Positions 44,891 to 54,315 of a stretch of DNA of 64,000 bases are shown piece by piece. The position numbers and the translations under genes are program-made. Source of the stretch: Patescibacteria group bacterium (GTDB lineage: Bacteria; Patescibacteriota; Patescibacteriia; 2-02-FULL-49-11); assembly GCA_041645165.1 (NCBI GenBank), contig JBAZQN010000008.1, forward strand, positions 2,374 to 66,373, given 5' to 3'. Every line of letters starts with the position of its first letter. The first letter of the stretch is position 1. The notes beneath the pieces were generated by a model that saw only the letters and a program-made list of their open reading frames with translations, was not told the origin of the DNA and did no database searches.

Positions 44891-46243
44891 TTAGACTAAC
44901 GAATTATTTTTAGTCTTGTAGAGGAAACCCAGCACACCGGCGAATATGCTGAATACCAGGATAGAGAGAAGCGCTGAAGGGCCTGTCCTTGGCGATTCTT
45001 GAATAGCTGCTCTGACACGGGGCGTACCGGAAAGGATAGTAGTAATAATCTCCGTGCTATCGATTTGATAATTCTTAGCGCTTGCACTCACGGTAAGCGC
45101 GACAGGCGTTTGATAGGGAGCATTTGAGGTCACTTGAAATACTGGATTCCATGTCCTCACTTCCCCATTATCGAGCTGATCGATTTCCCAATAAAGCGTA
45201 TTTTTTTCTTTAATCCCGCCTTGAGAATCAAGAATGTCAAAATATAAAGGGTCAAAATGAAGTGACACTAAAATACCTTCTGCGCGCGACCCTGAATAAT
45301 TAGTTACTATGATCTCGCTATTGACCCTTTCGCCACGATAAGCAGTATGCGAAGTTACTCGATATTCATTTTCGTCACTCACGAGCATGCGAACTGACAA
45401 TGAGTCATTCCCCTCAATGGCATCAAGCAGTGTTGTGCTGGTAAGGTAATCAAACCTCGTGGCATTATCCGCAGTAATAGTGACCATATTCGTCAGCTTG
45501 TCCAGTGTGGATGATCCGCGCACCCTCACCGTAACCGTCTGAATGGCTTTTTGTCCCGGATAAAAATTTCCCACACTCCAGCGCACTTCACCGGCCTGCA
45601 CCGAACCGCCTGTGCTTGTCTGAATAATATCAGCATTTTGTTCGTCAAAATCGTCTGTAAGGATCGTATTGCGTGCTATGGTATTTCCATCATTCCGGTA
45701 GGAGATGGTATAGGCAATTAAATCACCCTGCCTTACTGTATCCTTGTCTGCGCTTACGGTGGCAACCAGCACCGGCTTAGCCTGCGCAGATATATTAACA
45801 GTAGGTGTGGTAAGTGATGACACATTATCCGCGCTTAATCGCGCGAAGGCTGAAATAGTCGTAGTGCCGCTGGGCAACTGCTCTTTTATGGTGAACCAAA
45901 ACACTCTCACTTCTGTGGTTTTTTGCGTTAAACGCTCCTGAGTATATATAACCGTTCCCAAACTTTGCACCGCACTGCCAATATCATGGGGAGTAAGCAG
46001 GTGCTCGTCATAGTCCAAAATAATGCGTATGTTGTCAGCGTTTTCAAACGCGGTATTTGCATAGGTAACAGTATAACCAATTATATCACCCGGCGATGCT
46101 TCATTTTTTGTCACTGAGAGCCCCAGAGAAAGAATCGCATTCGCTGATGCGTTCGATACGAATAAAGTACTAGTGAATGCGGTTGAAATTACGGCAAACA
46201 TAGCTGCGTAAGAGAATGCCTTGTGAATAGGTATTAATTTCAT
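44891..46243 (-). CDS. DUF11-repeat surface protein with an LPXTG-like sorting signal
   Basis: Signal peptide, PGDIIGYTVTYAN-type repeats, and SPRTG + TM + basic tail. Confidence 0.85.
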   Translation of the reverse strand: MKLIPIHKAFSYAAMFAVISTAFTSTLFVSNASANAILSLGLSVTKNEASPGDIIGYTVTYANTAFENADNIRIILDYDEHLLTPHDIGSAVQSLGTVIYTQERLTQKTTEVRVFWFTIKEQLPSGTTTISAFARLSADNVSSLTTPTVNISAQAKPVLVATVSADKDTVRQGDLIAYTISYRNDGNTIARNTILTDDFDEQNADIIQTSTGGSVQAGEVRWSVGNFYPGQKAIQTVTVRVRGSSTLDKLTNMVTITADNATRFDYLTSTTLLDAIEGNDSLSVRMLVSDENEYRVTSHTAYRGERVNSEIIVTNYSGSRAEGILVSLHFDPLYFDILDSQGGIKEKNTLYWEIDQLDNGEVRTWNPVFQVTSNAPYQTPVALTVSASAKNYQIDSTEIITTILSGTPRVRAAIQESPRTGPSALLSILVFSIFAGVLGFLYKTKNNSLV

Positions 46244-46313
46244 AATAAATGGTTAAGGTTATAAAACAGAGTATTATTACTGATATTTCAATATTTGTCA
46301 ATATGGACGCAAG

Positions 46314-46342
46314 TTGACAAAAAGTTAATAATATGCTACTTT
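46314..46342 (+). promoter_or_regulatory. Sigma70-type promoter candidate
   Basis: TTGACA-N17-TACTTT with TG extension; a divergent TTGACA lies at 46296-46301 (minus). Confidence 0.55.
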
Positions 46343-46498
46343 TGAACTTAGAATCCAAGGTAAGGATAGGGATATTTATGAGATAGCAGAAGTATATCTG
46401 CGTTGACCTGCGTTCGGCCGCATAACGCACTGTACTACTATTCTTAAAACCAGGTTGTTACGGTCGATTATCCGTTATATATTCTACGTTCATAATAT

Positions 46499-47698
46499 AT
46501 GAATTCGATTCTTGAAAAAGTTCTCCTTTCTCAAGAGATTACAGAGCGGCAGAAGTTGAGCCCTGTAGATATCTGCACCCAGTTATTAAAACTGCTTACC
46601 AATCGCGAGGCAGATGTGCTTCGTTTGCGTTTTGGCCTAGACGGAAATGGCACACATACGCTTGAGATTATCGGCAAAAGGTACACAATTACAAGGGAAC
46701 GCGTACGGCAGATTGAGCATCAAAGCATCCAAAAACTTAAACAATCCAAACAGTTCCAGGAAATTTCAGAAGGCATTTCCACGCTTGTTACACATAACCT
46801 TACGCAGCACGGCGGCATGCGCCGCCAAGACGTGCTTCTTAATGACTTACTCTCGCTCTCGGGCGATTCGTCTGTTAACCGCAACTGCTTATCATTTATC
46901 ATCGAACAGCTTTTAAATACGGCCATTGAAGAAATAAAATCTGAAGCAATTCTGCCAAGCTGGAAACTGAAAGAATTTTCCTCGCAGCTTTTCACGGAAA
47001 CAATTGCATCTATCGAATCATTGTTGGAATCAAAAGGACAGCCGGTCAGCTTTGATGCGTTGCTTAATGAATTTTTGCGCAGCAATTTTTATCAGGAACA
47101 TGCGCAGGAGTACCAATCATTTGTACTCTTCTCATCATCCCCCGAACAAGATGAGCGCTCGATGGTTGAGCGCGTGCTTAATACCTACCTTGAATGCTCC
47201 ACCTCAGTGCTGCAAAATCCCTTCAATGAATGGGGAATGTCCCGCTGGCATAGCATTAAGCCAAAAAGAATGAGTGATAAAATTTATCTCGTGCTTAAGA
47301 AATACGGCAAGCCAATGCATTTTACCGAGATCACGGAGCAAATTAATAAGACTCGCTTCGACCACAAAGTGGCGCATGCGCCAACCGTACATAATGAACT
47401 TATTCTCGACAAGCGTTTTGTTCTTGTCGGAAGAGGAATATACGCGCTTCAAGAATGGGGATATAAGCCGGGCGTAGTTGCTGATGTGATCGCTTCCATC
47501 CTGAGTCGTGCGCCAAACCCTTTAAGCCGTGAGGAAATTATCGATGAAGTGCTCAAACAACGGTTTGTGAAAAAAGGCACCATTTTACTTGCATTGACGT
47601 CACATGATACTTTTTTACACCTTCCGGACGGTCGTTTTATGTTCAAAAAAATTGTCTCTCAAGCTCCGGAAACCGTCCACACAGAACAAAATAAATAA
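46499..47698 (+). CDS. Sigma70 region-4 HTH protein with C-terminal HARE-type HTH
   Basis: LTNREADVLRLRFGL...TLEIIG...TRERVRQIE; TVHNELI...RFVLVGRGIYALQEWG. Confidence 0.85.
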   Translation: MNSILEKVLLSQEITERQKLSPVDICTQLLKLLTNREADVLRLRFGLDGNGTHTLEIIGKRYTITRERVRQIEHQSIQKLKQSKQFQEISEGISTLVTHNLTQHGGMRRQDVLLNDLLSLSGDSSVNRNCLSFIIEQLLNTAIEEIKSEAILPSWKLKEFSSQLFTETIASIESLLESKGQPVSFDALLNEFLRSNFYQEHAQEYQSFVLFSSSPEQDERSMVERVLNTYLECSTSVLQNPFNEWGMSRWHSIKPKRMSDKIYLVLKKYGKPMHFTEITEQINKTRFDHKVAHAPTVHNELILDKRFVLVGRGIYALQEWGYKPGVVADVIASILSRAPNPLSREEIIDEVLKQRFVKKGTILLALTSHDTFLHLPDGRFMFKKIVSQAPETVHTEQNK

Positions 47699-47707
47699 AC
47701 ATTCGTT

Positions 47708-49096
47708 GTGGATATCACTATCAATCTCGCGCCTTTTTTCGATGCGGCCGCAAATAACCCACTCACGGTAGGGTGGTTTCTTCTTATCCACGGGGGATGG
47801 ATGCCTGTTCTTGTGGTAATATTGAGCACATTTTGGCATGTACGATTGCGTAATATCAGAGCAGCATACCTCCATCATCTTAACTATACAATTTTTGCAA
47901 TCGATGTTCCGAAGTTAAACGAACAATCTACCAGAGCAGTAGAGCAAATATTCGCGCAATTAGCAGGAGCGTTCTCCGGCGTTAACCTGATTGAGAAATA
48001 TATCCAGGGCAAAAATCAGGAAAGTTTCTCATTTGAAATAGTTTCTCTCGGAGGCTATATCCAATTTTTAGTGCGTACCCCAACCCATTTTCGCGATCTC
48101 ATTGAGGCGGCAATTTATGCACAATATCCTGATGCAGAAATTACCGAGGTGGAAGACTACACAGGCATGATTCCCCGGCAATACCCCTCTGATGAATTTA
48201 ATTTATGGGGCACTGAGCTCAAGCTTAACCGTAAAAGCGTGTATCCCATTCGAACCTATCCGCTCTTCGAGCACACCCTTACACAAAAATTTGCCGACCC
48301 AATGGCTGCGCTCCTGGAAATTATGAGCCATATGCACCCAGGTGAAAATATTTGGATCCAATGGGTAATTACGCCCATTGGAGACGGGTGGAAAGAAAAA
48401 GGCATCAATGAAGCGAAAAAATTGATTGGCGCACATGTAAAACAGGCGCCCACGCTTACTGCACGGGCGCTGCAACCGGTTCGCATAGTAACTGGAGGGG
48501 CAAGCGAAGTGCTCCTCCATGGATTGGGTATTTCTCCATATCATGTTGAAGGTGCGGCAGCGAAAGACATGCCAAGTCACATACAATATCTGTCTCCTGG
48601 AGAACGCGCGATCGTTGAGGCCATTGAAGCAAAAATTTCTAAAGTCGGTTTCCACGCTAAATGCCGCATTATTTATGTCGCGAAAAAAGAAATATTCGAT
48701 AAAGCGCGCGGTGTTGCGGGTATTTTGGGCGCCTTTAGCCAATTTAGCGCATTGAATCTCAACAGTTTTGAACCCGCAGGCAAGGTGACCACAAAAGCAA
48801 ATTATTTCTTCACTAAACGCAGAATCGCCAAACGCCAAAAAAAAATAGCGCGCGCATTCCGCCAACGAAGCAAAGAATTAGGATGGGGTCATGGCATGAT
48901 ATTGAATACCGAGGAATTGGCAACGGTGTGGCATTTCCCCGTTGCAGAGGTGAAAGCCCCGTTAGTGAAGATGACTGAAGCGAAAAAAGGAGAGCCCCCG
49001 GCTGAGTTGCCGATAGAAATTATGGAGCCTGCCGCAAGTGATGCACAGACATCCAAAATACAAGAAGCGGAAACGCCGGAAAATTTACCCGTATAA
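47708..49096 (+). CDS. Conserved membrane-anchored protein upstream of a VirD4-like ATPase
   Basis: One TM, FSFEIVS, AQYPDAEITEVEDY, LNTEELATVWHFP. Confidence 0.78.
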   Translation: MDITINLAPFFDAAANNPLTVGWFLLIHGGWMPVLVVILSTFWHVRLRNIRAAYLHHLNYTIFAIDVPKLNEQSTRAVEQIFAQLAGAFSGVNLIEKYIQGKNQESFSFEIVSLGGYIQFLVRTPTHFRDLIEAAIYAQYPDAEITEVEDYTGMIPRQYPSDEFNLWGTELKLNRKSVYPIRTYPLFEHTLTQKFADPMAALLEIMSHMHPGENIWIQWVITPIGDGWKEKGINEAKKLIGAHVKQAPTLTARALQPVRIVTGGASEVLLHGLGISPYHVEGAAAKDMPSHIQYLSPGERAIVEAIEAKISKVGFHAKCRIIYVAKKEIFDKARGVAGILGAFSQFSALNLNSFEPAGKVTTKANYFFTKRRIAKRQKKIARAFRQRSKELGWGHGMILNTEELATVWHFPVAEVKAPLVKMTEAKKGEPPAELPIEIMEPAASDAQTSKIQEAETPENLPV

Positions 49097-49200
49097 TCCA
49101 AAATTTAAAGTCCAAAAATCAAAATGCGAGATCAAAATGCAAAAATTTTTGATTATTAATTTTCATTTTTAGATTTTAGGTTTTACATTTTGCATTTTTA
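49097..49200. repeat. Heptamer-periodic imperfect hairpin
   Basis: CAAAATG-type left arm and TTTTAGA TTTTAGG TTTTACA TTTTGCA right arm. Confidence 0.85.
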
Positions 49201-49221
49201 CTGAATAAGAGAGGGTTCAAC

Positions 49222-51207
49222 ATGAATAACACTATGACTGATCAAATTTCCCAAAACAATGACATCTGCTACTTTGCGATGACTAATTTTCGCGGCCAAA
49301 ATCGCAAATTTGGCATACGCACTGATGACCGCCGCAAACACATGTACCTCATTGGTAAAACCGGCATGGGGAAATCAACGACCCTCGAGAATATGATCAT
49401 ACAGGATATACGCGAAGGAAGGGGAGTGGGAGTAGTGGATCCTCATGGCGATTTGGTTGAAAAAATATTGGACTATATCCCCCCGCACCGCATCAACGAT
49501 GTCATATATTTTAATCCCGCTGACATTGATTACCCTATTGCATTCAATATTCTTGAAAACGTAGATCCCCGCTATAAGCACCTTGTCGCGTCCGGACTTA
49601 TGGGAGTATTCACAAAAATTTGGGCAAATGTTTGGTCAGCACGAATGGAATATATCATGAATAATTGCATCCTCGCCCTGCTTGATTCTCCCGGCAATAC
49701 CCTTCTAGGGATCAACCGCATATTAGTTGATAAGGAATACCGGCATAAAATTGTAAGCCGCATTTTAGATCCTGTCGTGCGGTCGTTCTGGGTGAATGAA
49801 TACGCGAATTACAACGACCGATTCCGCACTGAAGCAATCGCGCCAATCCAAAATAAGGTTGGGCAATTTCTTTCGACCGCAATTGTGAGAAATATTGTCG
49901 GGCAGACGCAATCGACCATAGATATGCGGGAAATCATGGATACCAAAAAAATCCTCATCCTCAATCTTGCGAAAGGACGCATAGGCGAGGACAATTCGTC
50001 GCTTTTGGGCGCGATGATGATTACCAAGCTGCAGCTTGCAGTCATGAGCAGGGTAGATATTCCTGAAAAAGAAAGGAATGATTTCTTCCTTTATGTGGAT
50101 GAATTTCAAAATTTTGCGACGACCTCATTTTCAGACATCCTCTCTGAAGCAAGAAAATATCGCCTCTCGCTCATTATGGCGCACCAATACATAGAACAAC
50201 TTGAGGAAGAGGTGGCTGCGGCGGTATTTGGCAACGTCGGCACTATCGCCTGTTTCCGCGTGGGCGCCACCGATGCGGAAGAGCTGGTAAAGGAATTTAC
50301 CCCTTATTTCACTGAAGAAGATTTGGTAAATCTCACTAAATATGACATTTATCTGCGGCTTATGATCAACGGCGTGGCGTCAAGGCCATTTTCGGCCACG
50401 TCGCTCCCGCCGCTTCGCACCGATGAAATGACAGGGAATCGTGAAAAAGTAATCGCGGTGTCAAGAGAGCGGTATACGAAACCGCGAGAGGAAGTTGAAG
50501 AGAAAATTATCAGATGGACCGGTATAGAAGATATGTATTCCACCACTGCTGAATTGGATAATATCGCTGGTATTGCCGAGGATGAGCAGCGGTATCGCGA
50601 ACTTCCCGCAGCTCCTCTACCTACTGAAAAACCGACAAATGAACCTGCCGTTTCTCAAGGGCCAGAACCAAAAAATGCCACATGTGACAATTGCGGTCGC
50701 GGTACGCTTATCACATTTACCCCGGATGAAAAACGCAACGTATTTTGCAAAAGCTGTCTGAAAAAATTTCGTCAGGGCCTTATCGACATCACCACTTTAA
50801 AAAAACGCAATATCCCTGAAGTGTATGATGCTCCTCCTGCGCACACACAAGCCGCTCCCACAGACAATACTGCTCATAAGACACAAAGCGCCCCTGTTTC
50901 CGCAAGCCCTAATTTTGTCATACTGAAACCACCGCCCAAACTCTCTCCATCGCAGCATGATGAGCAAGTGCGAAAGATACCCATACTTCCCGTATCCTAT
51001 CCTAGTGAGTTATCGCTGCGAGACGCCCTTCAAACCGAGCCAATTCCTTTCCATAAATTACGCGGCAATAAATTAAAAAGGCGCCTTACGACAGAAACCA
51101 CGCCCTTTGAAACACAAAAAGAACCCGCTGAATATGCTCCGCCCATGCCTAAACCGCGCCATTATGTCATCAAAGGGATTCCTCCCAAAAAAGTGGTTCC
51201 ATTATAA
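49222..51207 (+). CDS. VirD4/TrwB/HerA-like ATPase with CxxC-x17-CxxC domain
   Basis: IGKTGMGKS, VDPHGD, LYVDEFQNF, SEARKY; CDNCG...VFCKSC. Confidence 0.9.
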   Translation: MNNTMTDQISQNNDICYFAMTNFRGQNRKFGIRTDDRRKHMYLIGKTGMGKSTTLENMIIQDIREGRGVGVVDPHGDLVEKILDYIPPHRINDVIYFNPADIDYPIAFNILENVDPRYKHLVASGLMGVFTKIWANVWSARMEYIMNNCILALLDSPGNTLLGINRILVDKEYRHKIVSRILDPVVRSFWVNEYANYNDRFRTEAIAPIQNKVGQFLSTAIVRNIVGQTQSTIDMREIMDTKKILILNLAKGRIGEDNSSLLGAMMITKLQLAVMSRVDIPEKERNDFFLYVDEFQNFATTSFSDILSEARKYRLSLIMAHQYIEQLEEEVAAAVFGNVGTIACFRVGATDAEELVKEFTPYFTEEDLVNLTKYDIYLRLMINGVASRPFSATSLPPLRTDEMTGNREKVIAVSRERYTKPREEVEEKIIRWTGIEDMYSTTAELDNIAGIAEDEQRYRELPAAPLPTEKPTNEPAVSQGPEPKNATCDNCGRGTLITFTPDEKRNVFCKSCLKKFRQGLIDITTLKKRNIPEVYDAPPAHTQAAPTDNTAHKTQSAPVSASPNFVILKPPPKLSPSQHDEQVRKIPILPVSYPSELSLRDALQTEPIPFHKLRGNKLKRRLTTETTPFETQKEPAEYAPPMPKPRHYVIKGIPPKKVVPL

Positions 51208-51271
51208 TAATATTGAGGATATGATATACTATATATAAGTATTGATATATATCTTATTACCTCTTAAATGT

Positions 51272-51553
51272 ATGCCTGAATCACAGACAGAATACCAAAA
51301 TCTACTTACCGAACTAATACAGAAACAAATAGTTATCCTGGGACCCGATATTGCCATAATGAAAGCGCGTAACGTATCAGGATTATCTGTGGCAGGTGAT
51401 GGAACGGTAACTCAAATGAACGGCAATCCTCCCGACCTTATCAATCAGCTTATAGAACAATATGTCTCCCTTTCAGGCCTTATTGTAAAAAAGGCAATGG
51501 AGCCGTTATTGGCAAAATATCCTTCATTAACTATTGGGAAAAACAACTCATAG
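51272..51553 (+). CDS. Conserved small hypothetical protein
   Basis: IQKQIVILGPDIA...LIEQYVSLSG; leads the two-component operon. Confidence 0.75.
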   Translation: MPESQTEYQNLLTELIQKQIVILGPDIAIMKARNVSGLSVAGDGTVTQMNGNPPDLINQLIEQYVSLSGLIVKKAMEPLLAKYPSLTIGKNNS

Positions 51554-51588
51554 CGTTTTTGGATTTTTTAATTTATAGCATATTTTAT

Positions 51589-51882
51589 ATGACTTCAACG
51601 CTTTCGCTTATTACATTTATTTTTTGGGTTATTGCAGGAATTACGACTTTTATAGTATGCATAATGAATGCATATAAAACACGGGGAGGAAGGTTTTCGG
51701 CCGCATTTATATCGCTCGGATTCGGTACGCTTCTCCTTGCGACTTCTGCCATAATCGCTACGTTTTTTAATTCCCAGTTTGGGCAGGGTATCACGCAACT
51801 ACTGCACGATGGTGGATTTGTCATCGGATTCATCCTCGTGCTTTCCGCTTCCAATCGCTTCTTAAAGGCAATGACAGGATAA
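51589..51882 (+). CDS. Small 3-TM membrane protein
   Basis: Hydrophobic ORF 10 bp upstream of the kinase. Confidence 0.7.
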   Translation: MTSTLSLITFIFWVIAGITTFIVCIMNAYKTRGGRFSAAFISLGFGTLLLATSAIIATFFNSQFGQGITQLLHDGGFVIGFILVLSASNRFLKAMTG

Positions 51883-51892
51883 TTTCCCTTCA

Positions 51893-53632
51893 GTGTCCCT
51901 TTGGATTCCCATTCTTTTACTCCTTTTTATTCTTGCTTTAGGCGCGAGTATTTTTGAGTTGCTGGCCTTACGTAAGGCAAGAACATATCTCACAAAACGC
52001 GAATCAGATCTTGAGGCGAAAATTTATGAAATCGCCATACTCAAGGAGCTAGGCGAGAGGATTGGTTATTCGCTCAATACGCGAAAAATTGTTGAGATTA
52101 TTACCGGAAGTCTTGGCCAATTCATCGACTACTCGGCAGTATCTTATCTGCTTATAGAGCCGCAGTTATTGCTTTTCCATTGCAATTTGGAATCATCTGT
52201 TGATGCCACGTTTGTCAGTACCATTCGCGACAGGATGCGCGCGGCGCTCAATGCCCTTACGAATGACGAATATATAAAATTTCGCATTGAGGAGACGGTC
52301 ACCGGCGCCATTATTACAGAATCATTGCACCAACCAGTCCGGTCGTTTTTTAACATCCCGCTCGTTATCCGAAATCGCACGGTAGGCATCATCACCGTCG
52401 CAAGCACAAAATCAGACCTCTACCACGAGGATGAAATGACCCTTCTTTACAAAATAACCTCGCAAGCGTCACAAGCAGTATCGCGTTTGGAGGAAGTGCT
52501 TGCTGTCGAGGAAGAAAAATTAAACGCAATGGTTGCCAGTATGCCAGATGGTCTTCTCATGACAGATCCTGAATTTCGGATAGTGGTCATCAATCCCGCG
52601 CTCCAGCGCACGTTAGGCCTTGAAGGGAATTCAACAGTTTCTATCTTTAACATCATTGACTGTCTGGGCGGTGTGCTTGATATCAGGGGAAAACTGGATG
52701 AAGCGATAAACCTTGATAAACTTATAGTGGCTGAAAATGTTTCATTCCGCCAAAAAACTTATCAAGTCCTTATTTCCCCGGTAAAACCATTGGCTCCGTC
52801 CGATATCCCGGGCAAACAAAACACCTTCGGTTCAGTTGCCCTTTTCCATGATATCACCCACGAAAGGGAGCTTGAAAAAATGCGGGAAGATTTCACTTCC
52901 ATGATGGTGCACGAGCTCCGGTCACCGCTTGACGGCATATGTAAAATAACGGAATTACTGACGTCAAAGCAACGGAAAGGGAAATCATACCATGAATTCA
53001 CCCACATGATCCATCAGAGCGCGTCTGAAATGCTCACGCTGGTATCCACATTACTGGATATTGCAAAAATCGATGCGGGTAAATTTGAAATTCTTCCTGT
53101 GGTAAGCAACACTCGGACGCTGCTGGAGGAAAAGCTGAAATTTTATCGACCGCTTGCCGCTGACCGCCATATACAAATGAGCGACTCTCTCGATCCTGCA
53201 CTTCCTGACATCTTGTTAGACCCCCATCGTATTGGCCAAGTGATTAATAACCTTCTTTCTAACGCGATAAAGTTTTCACCTGTCGCGGGAACGATACATG
53301 TGAGCGCCTTTCGCCATGCCTCGGGTGGAAATATTAATCAAGAAGGAAAAACCGCAGATCCCTTATGGCATGCTATCTCGACGCCACTTCCGCTCACAGA
53401 TGCGCTCGTGGTCGCGGTATCAGATATGGGCATTGGCATTACGCACGATGAAATACCGCAATTATTTACTAAATTCCAGAGATTGAGTGCAGGCAAACTT
53501 TCCCAAAAAGGCACAGGACTGGGCCTGGTCATTGCGCGTGGCATTATCGAGGCGCATCATGGTATAATGACACTAGGATCCACAGAAAGCAAGGGCACGA
53601 CTTTTGTCTTTACCATACCTTTATCACATTAA
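51893..53632 (+). CDS. GAF/PAS sensor histidine kinase
   Basis: VHELRSPL, NLLSNAIKF, DMGIG, GTGLGL. Confidence 0.95.
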   Translation: MSLWIPILLLLFILALGASIFELLALRKARTYLTKRESDLEAKIYEIAILKELGERIGYSLNTRKIVEIITGSLGQFIDYSAVSYLLIEPQLLLFHCNLESSVDATFVSTIRDRMRAALNALTNDEYIKFRIEETVTGAIITESLHQPVRSFFNIPLVIRNRTVGIITVASTKSDLYHEDEMTLLYKITSQASQAVSRLEEVLAVEEEKLNAMVASMPDGLLMTDPEFRIVVINPALQRTLGLEGNSTVSIFNIIDCLGGVLDIRGKLDEAINLDKLIVAENVSFRQKTYQVLISPVKPLAPSDIPGKQNTFGSVALFHDITHERELEKMREDFTSMMVHELRSPLDGICKITELLTSKQRKGKSYHEFTHMIHQSASEMLTLVSTLLDIAKIDAGKFEILPVVSNTRTLLEEKLKFYRPLAADRHIQMSDSLDPALPDILLDPHRIGQVINNLLSNAIKFSPVAGTIHVSAFRHASGGNINQEGKTADPLWHAISTPLPLTDALVVAVSDMGIGITHDEIPQLFTKFQRLSAGKLSQKGTGLGLVIARGIIEAHHGIMTLGSTESKGTTFVFTIPLSH

Positions 53633-53655
53633 TAATTAACCCTCATTCATCACGT

Positions 53656-54039
53656 ATGCCTAAATTACAAACAATTTTAGTTATCGAAGACGAACAAACA
53701 ATATTAAAAGCTATTTCCATTGCACTAGAGGAAGCGGGATTTAAAGTGCTGTCGGCAATTGACGGGGAAACCGGCGAACAAATGGCGGTCACACACGCGC
53801 CAGATCTTATACTTCTCGATATTATACTTCCGCGTAAAAATGGATTGGACGTGCTTAAAGGCCTGAAAGGCAACGAGGCGACAAACGCAATTCCTGTCAT
53901 CCTCCTTACCAACCTTTCAGATACTGAAACAGTAAGCCAAGGCGTAGCGCTGGGCGCGCGAGGATATCTAGTGAAAGCAAACTACAGCCTTGACGAGGTA
54001 GTGACGAAAGTAAAAGATGTGTTGAAAAAGAGTAAGTAA
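53656..54039 (+). CDS. Single-domain response regulator
   Basis: IEDE, LLDIILP, LTN, VK. Confidence 0.95.
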   Translation: MPKLQTILVIEDEQTILKAISIALEEAGFKVLSAIDGETGEQMAVTHAPDLILLDIILPRKNGLDVLKGLKGNEATNAIPVILLTNLSDTETVSQGVALGARGYLVKANYSLDEVVTKVKDVLKKSK

Positions 54040-54168
54040 TCCTTCCATAATCAACTAGTTTTTTACACCGGTGTAACGTTCATCGGTGTTTTTTGTATGC
54101 TATACTGAGAACGTAGAACAATACAGTAGAAAGGTATTCACGCGGATTCACGCAAATAGCCGGCCGTA

Positions 54169-54248
54169 TGTAGCGTCGGAGCTTGTCTCCGACCAATCAA
54201 TAGCTGTGATCCGTTGGTGGTTGGTGGCAGATGAACTGCCACGCTACA
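54169..54248. repeat. Inverted pair of GTAG-type REP elements
   Basis: TGTAGC-GTCGGAG-CTTGT-CTCCGAC and, inverted, TGTAGC-GTGGCAG-TTCAT-CTGCCAC. Confidence 0.8.
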
Positions 54249-54315
54249 ATTGATACCGTAACGGGACCGGACGCGGATTAACGCGGATATTCTTCTACTA
54301 TCTCATACTGTAATC

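Noticed and set aside
49222-51207. Conjugative element or ICE
   Set aside because: No integrase, relaxase, VirB genes or att-like repeats nearby.
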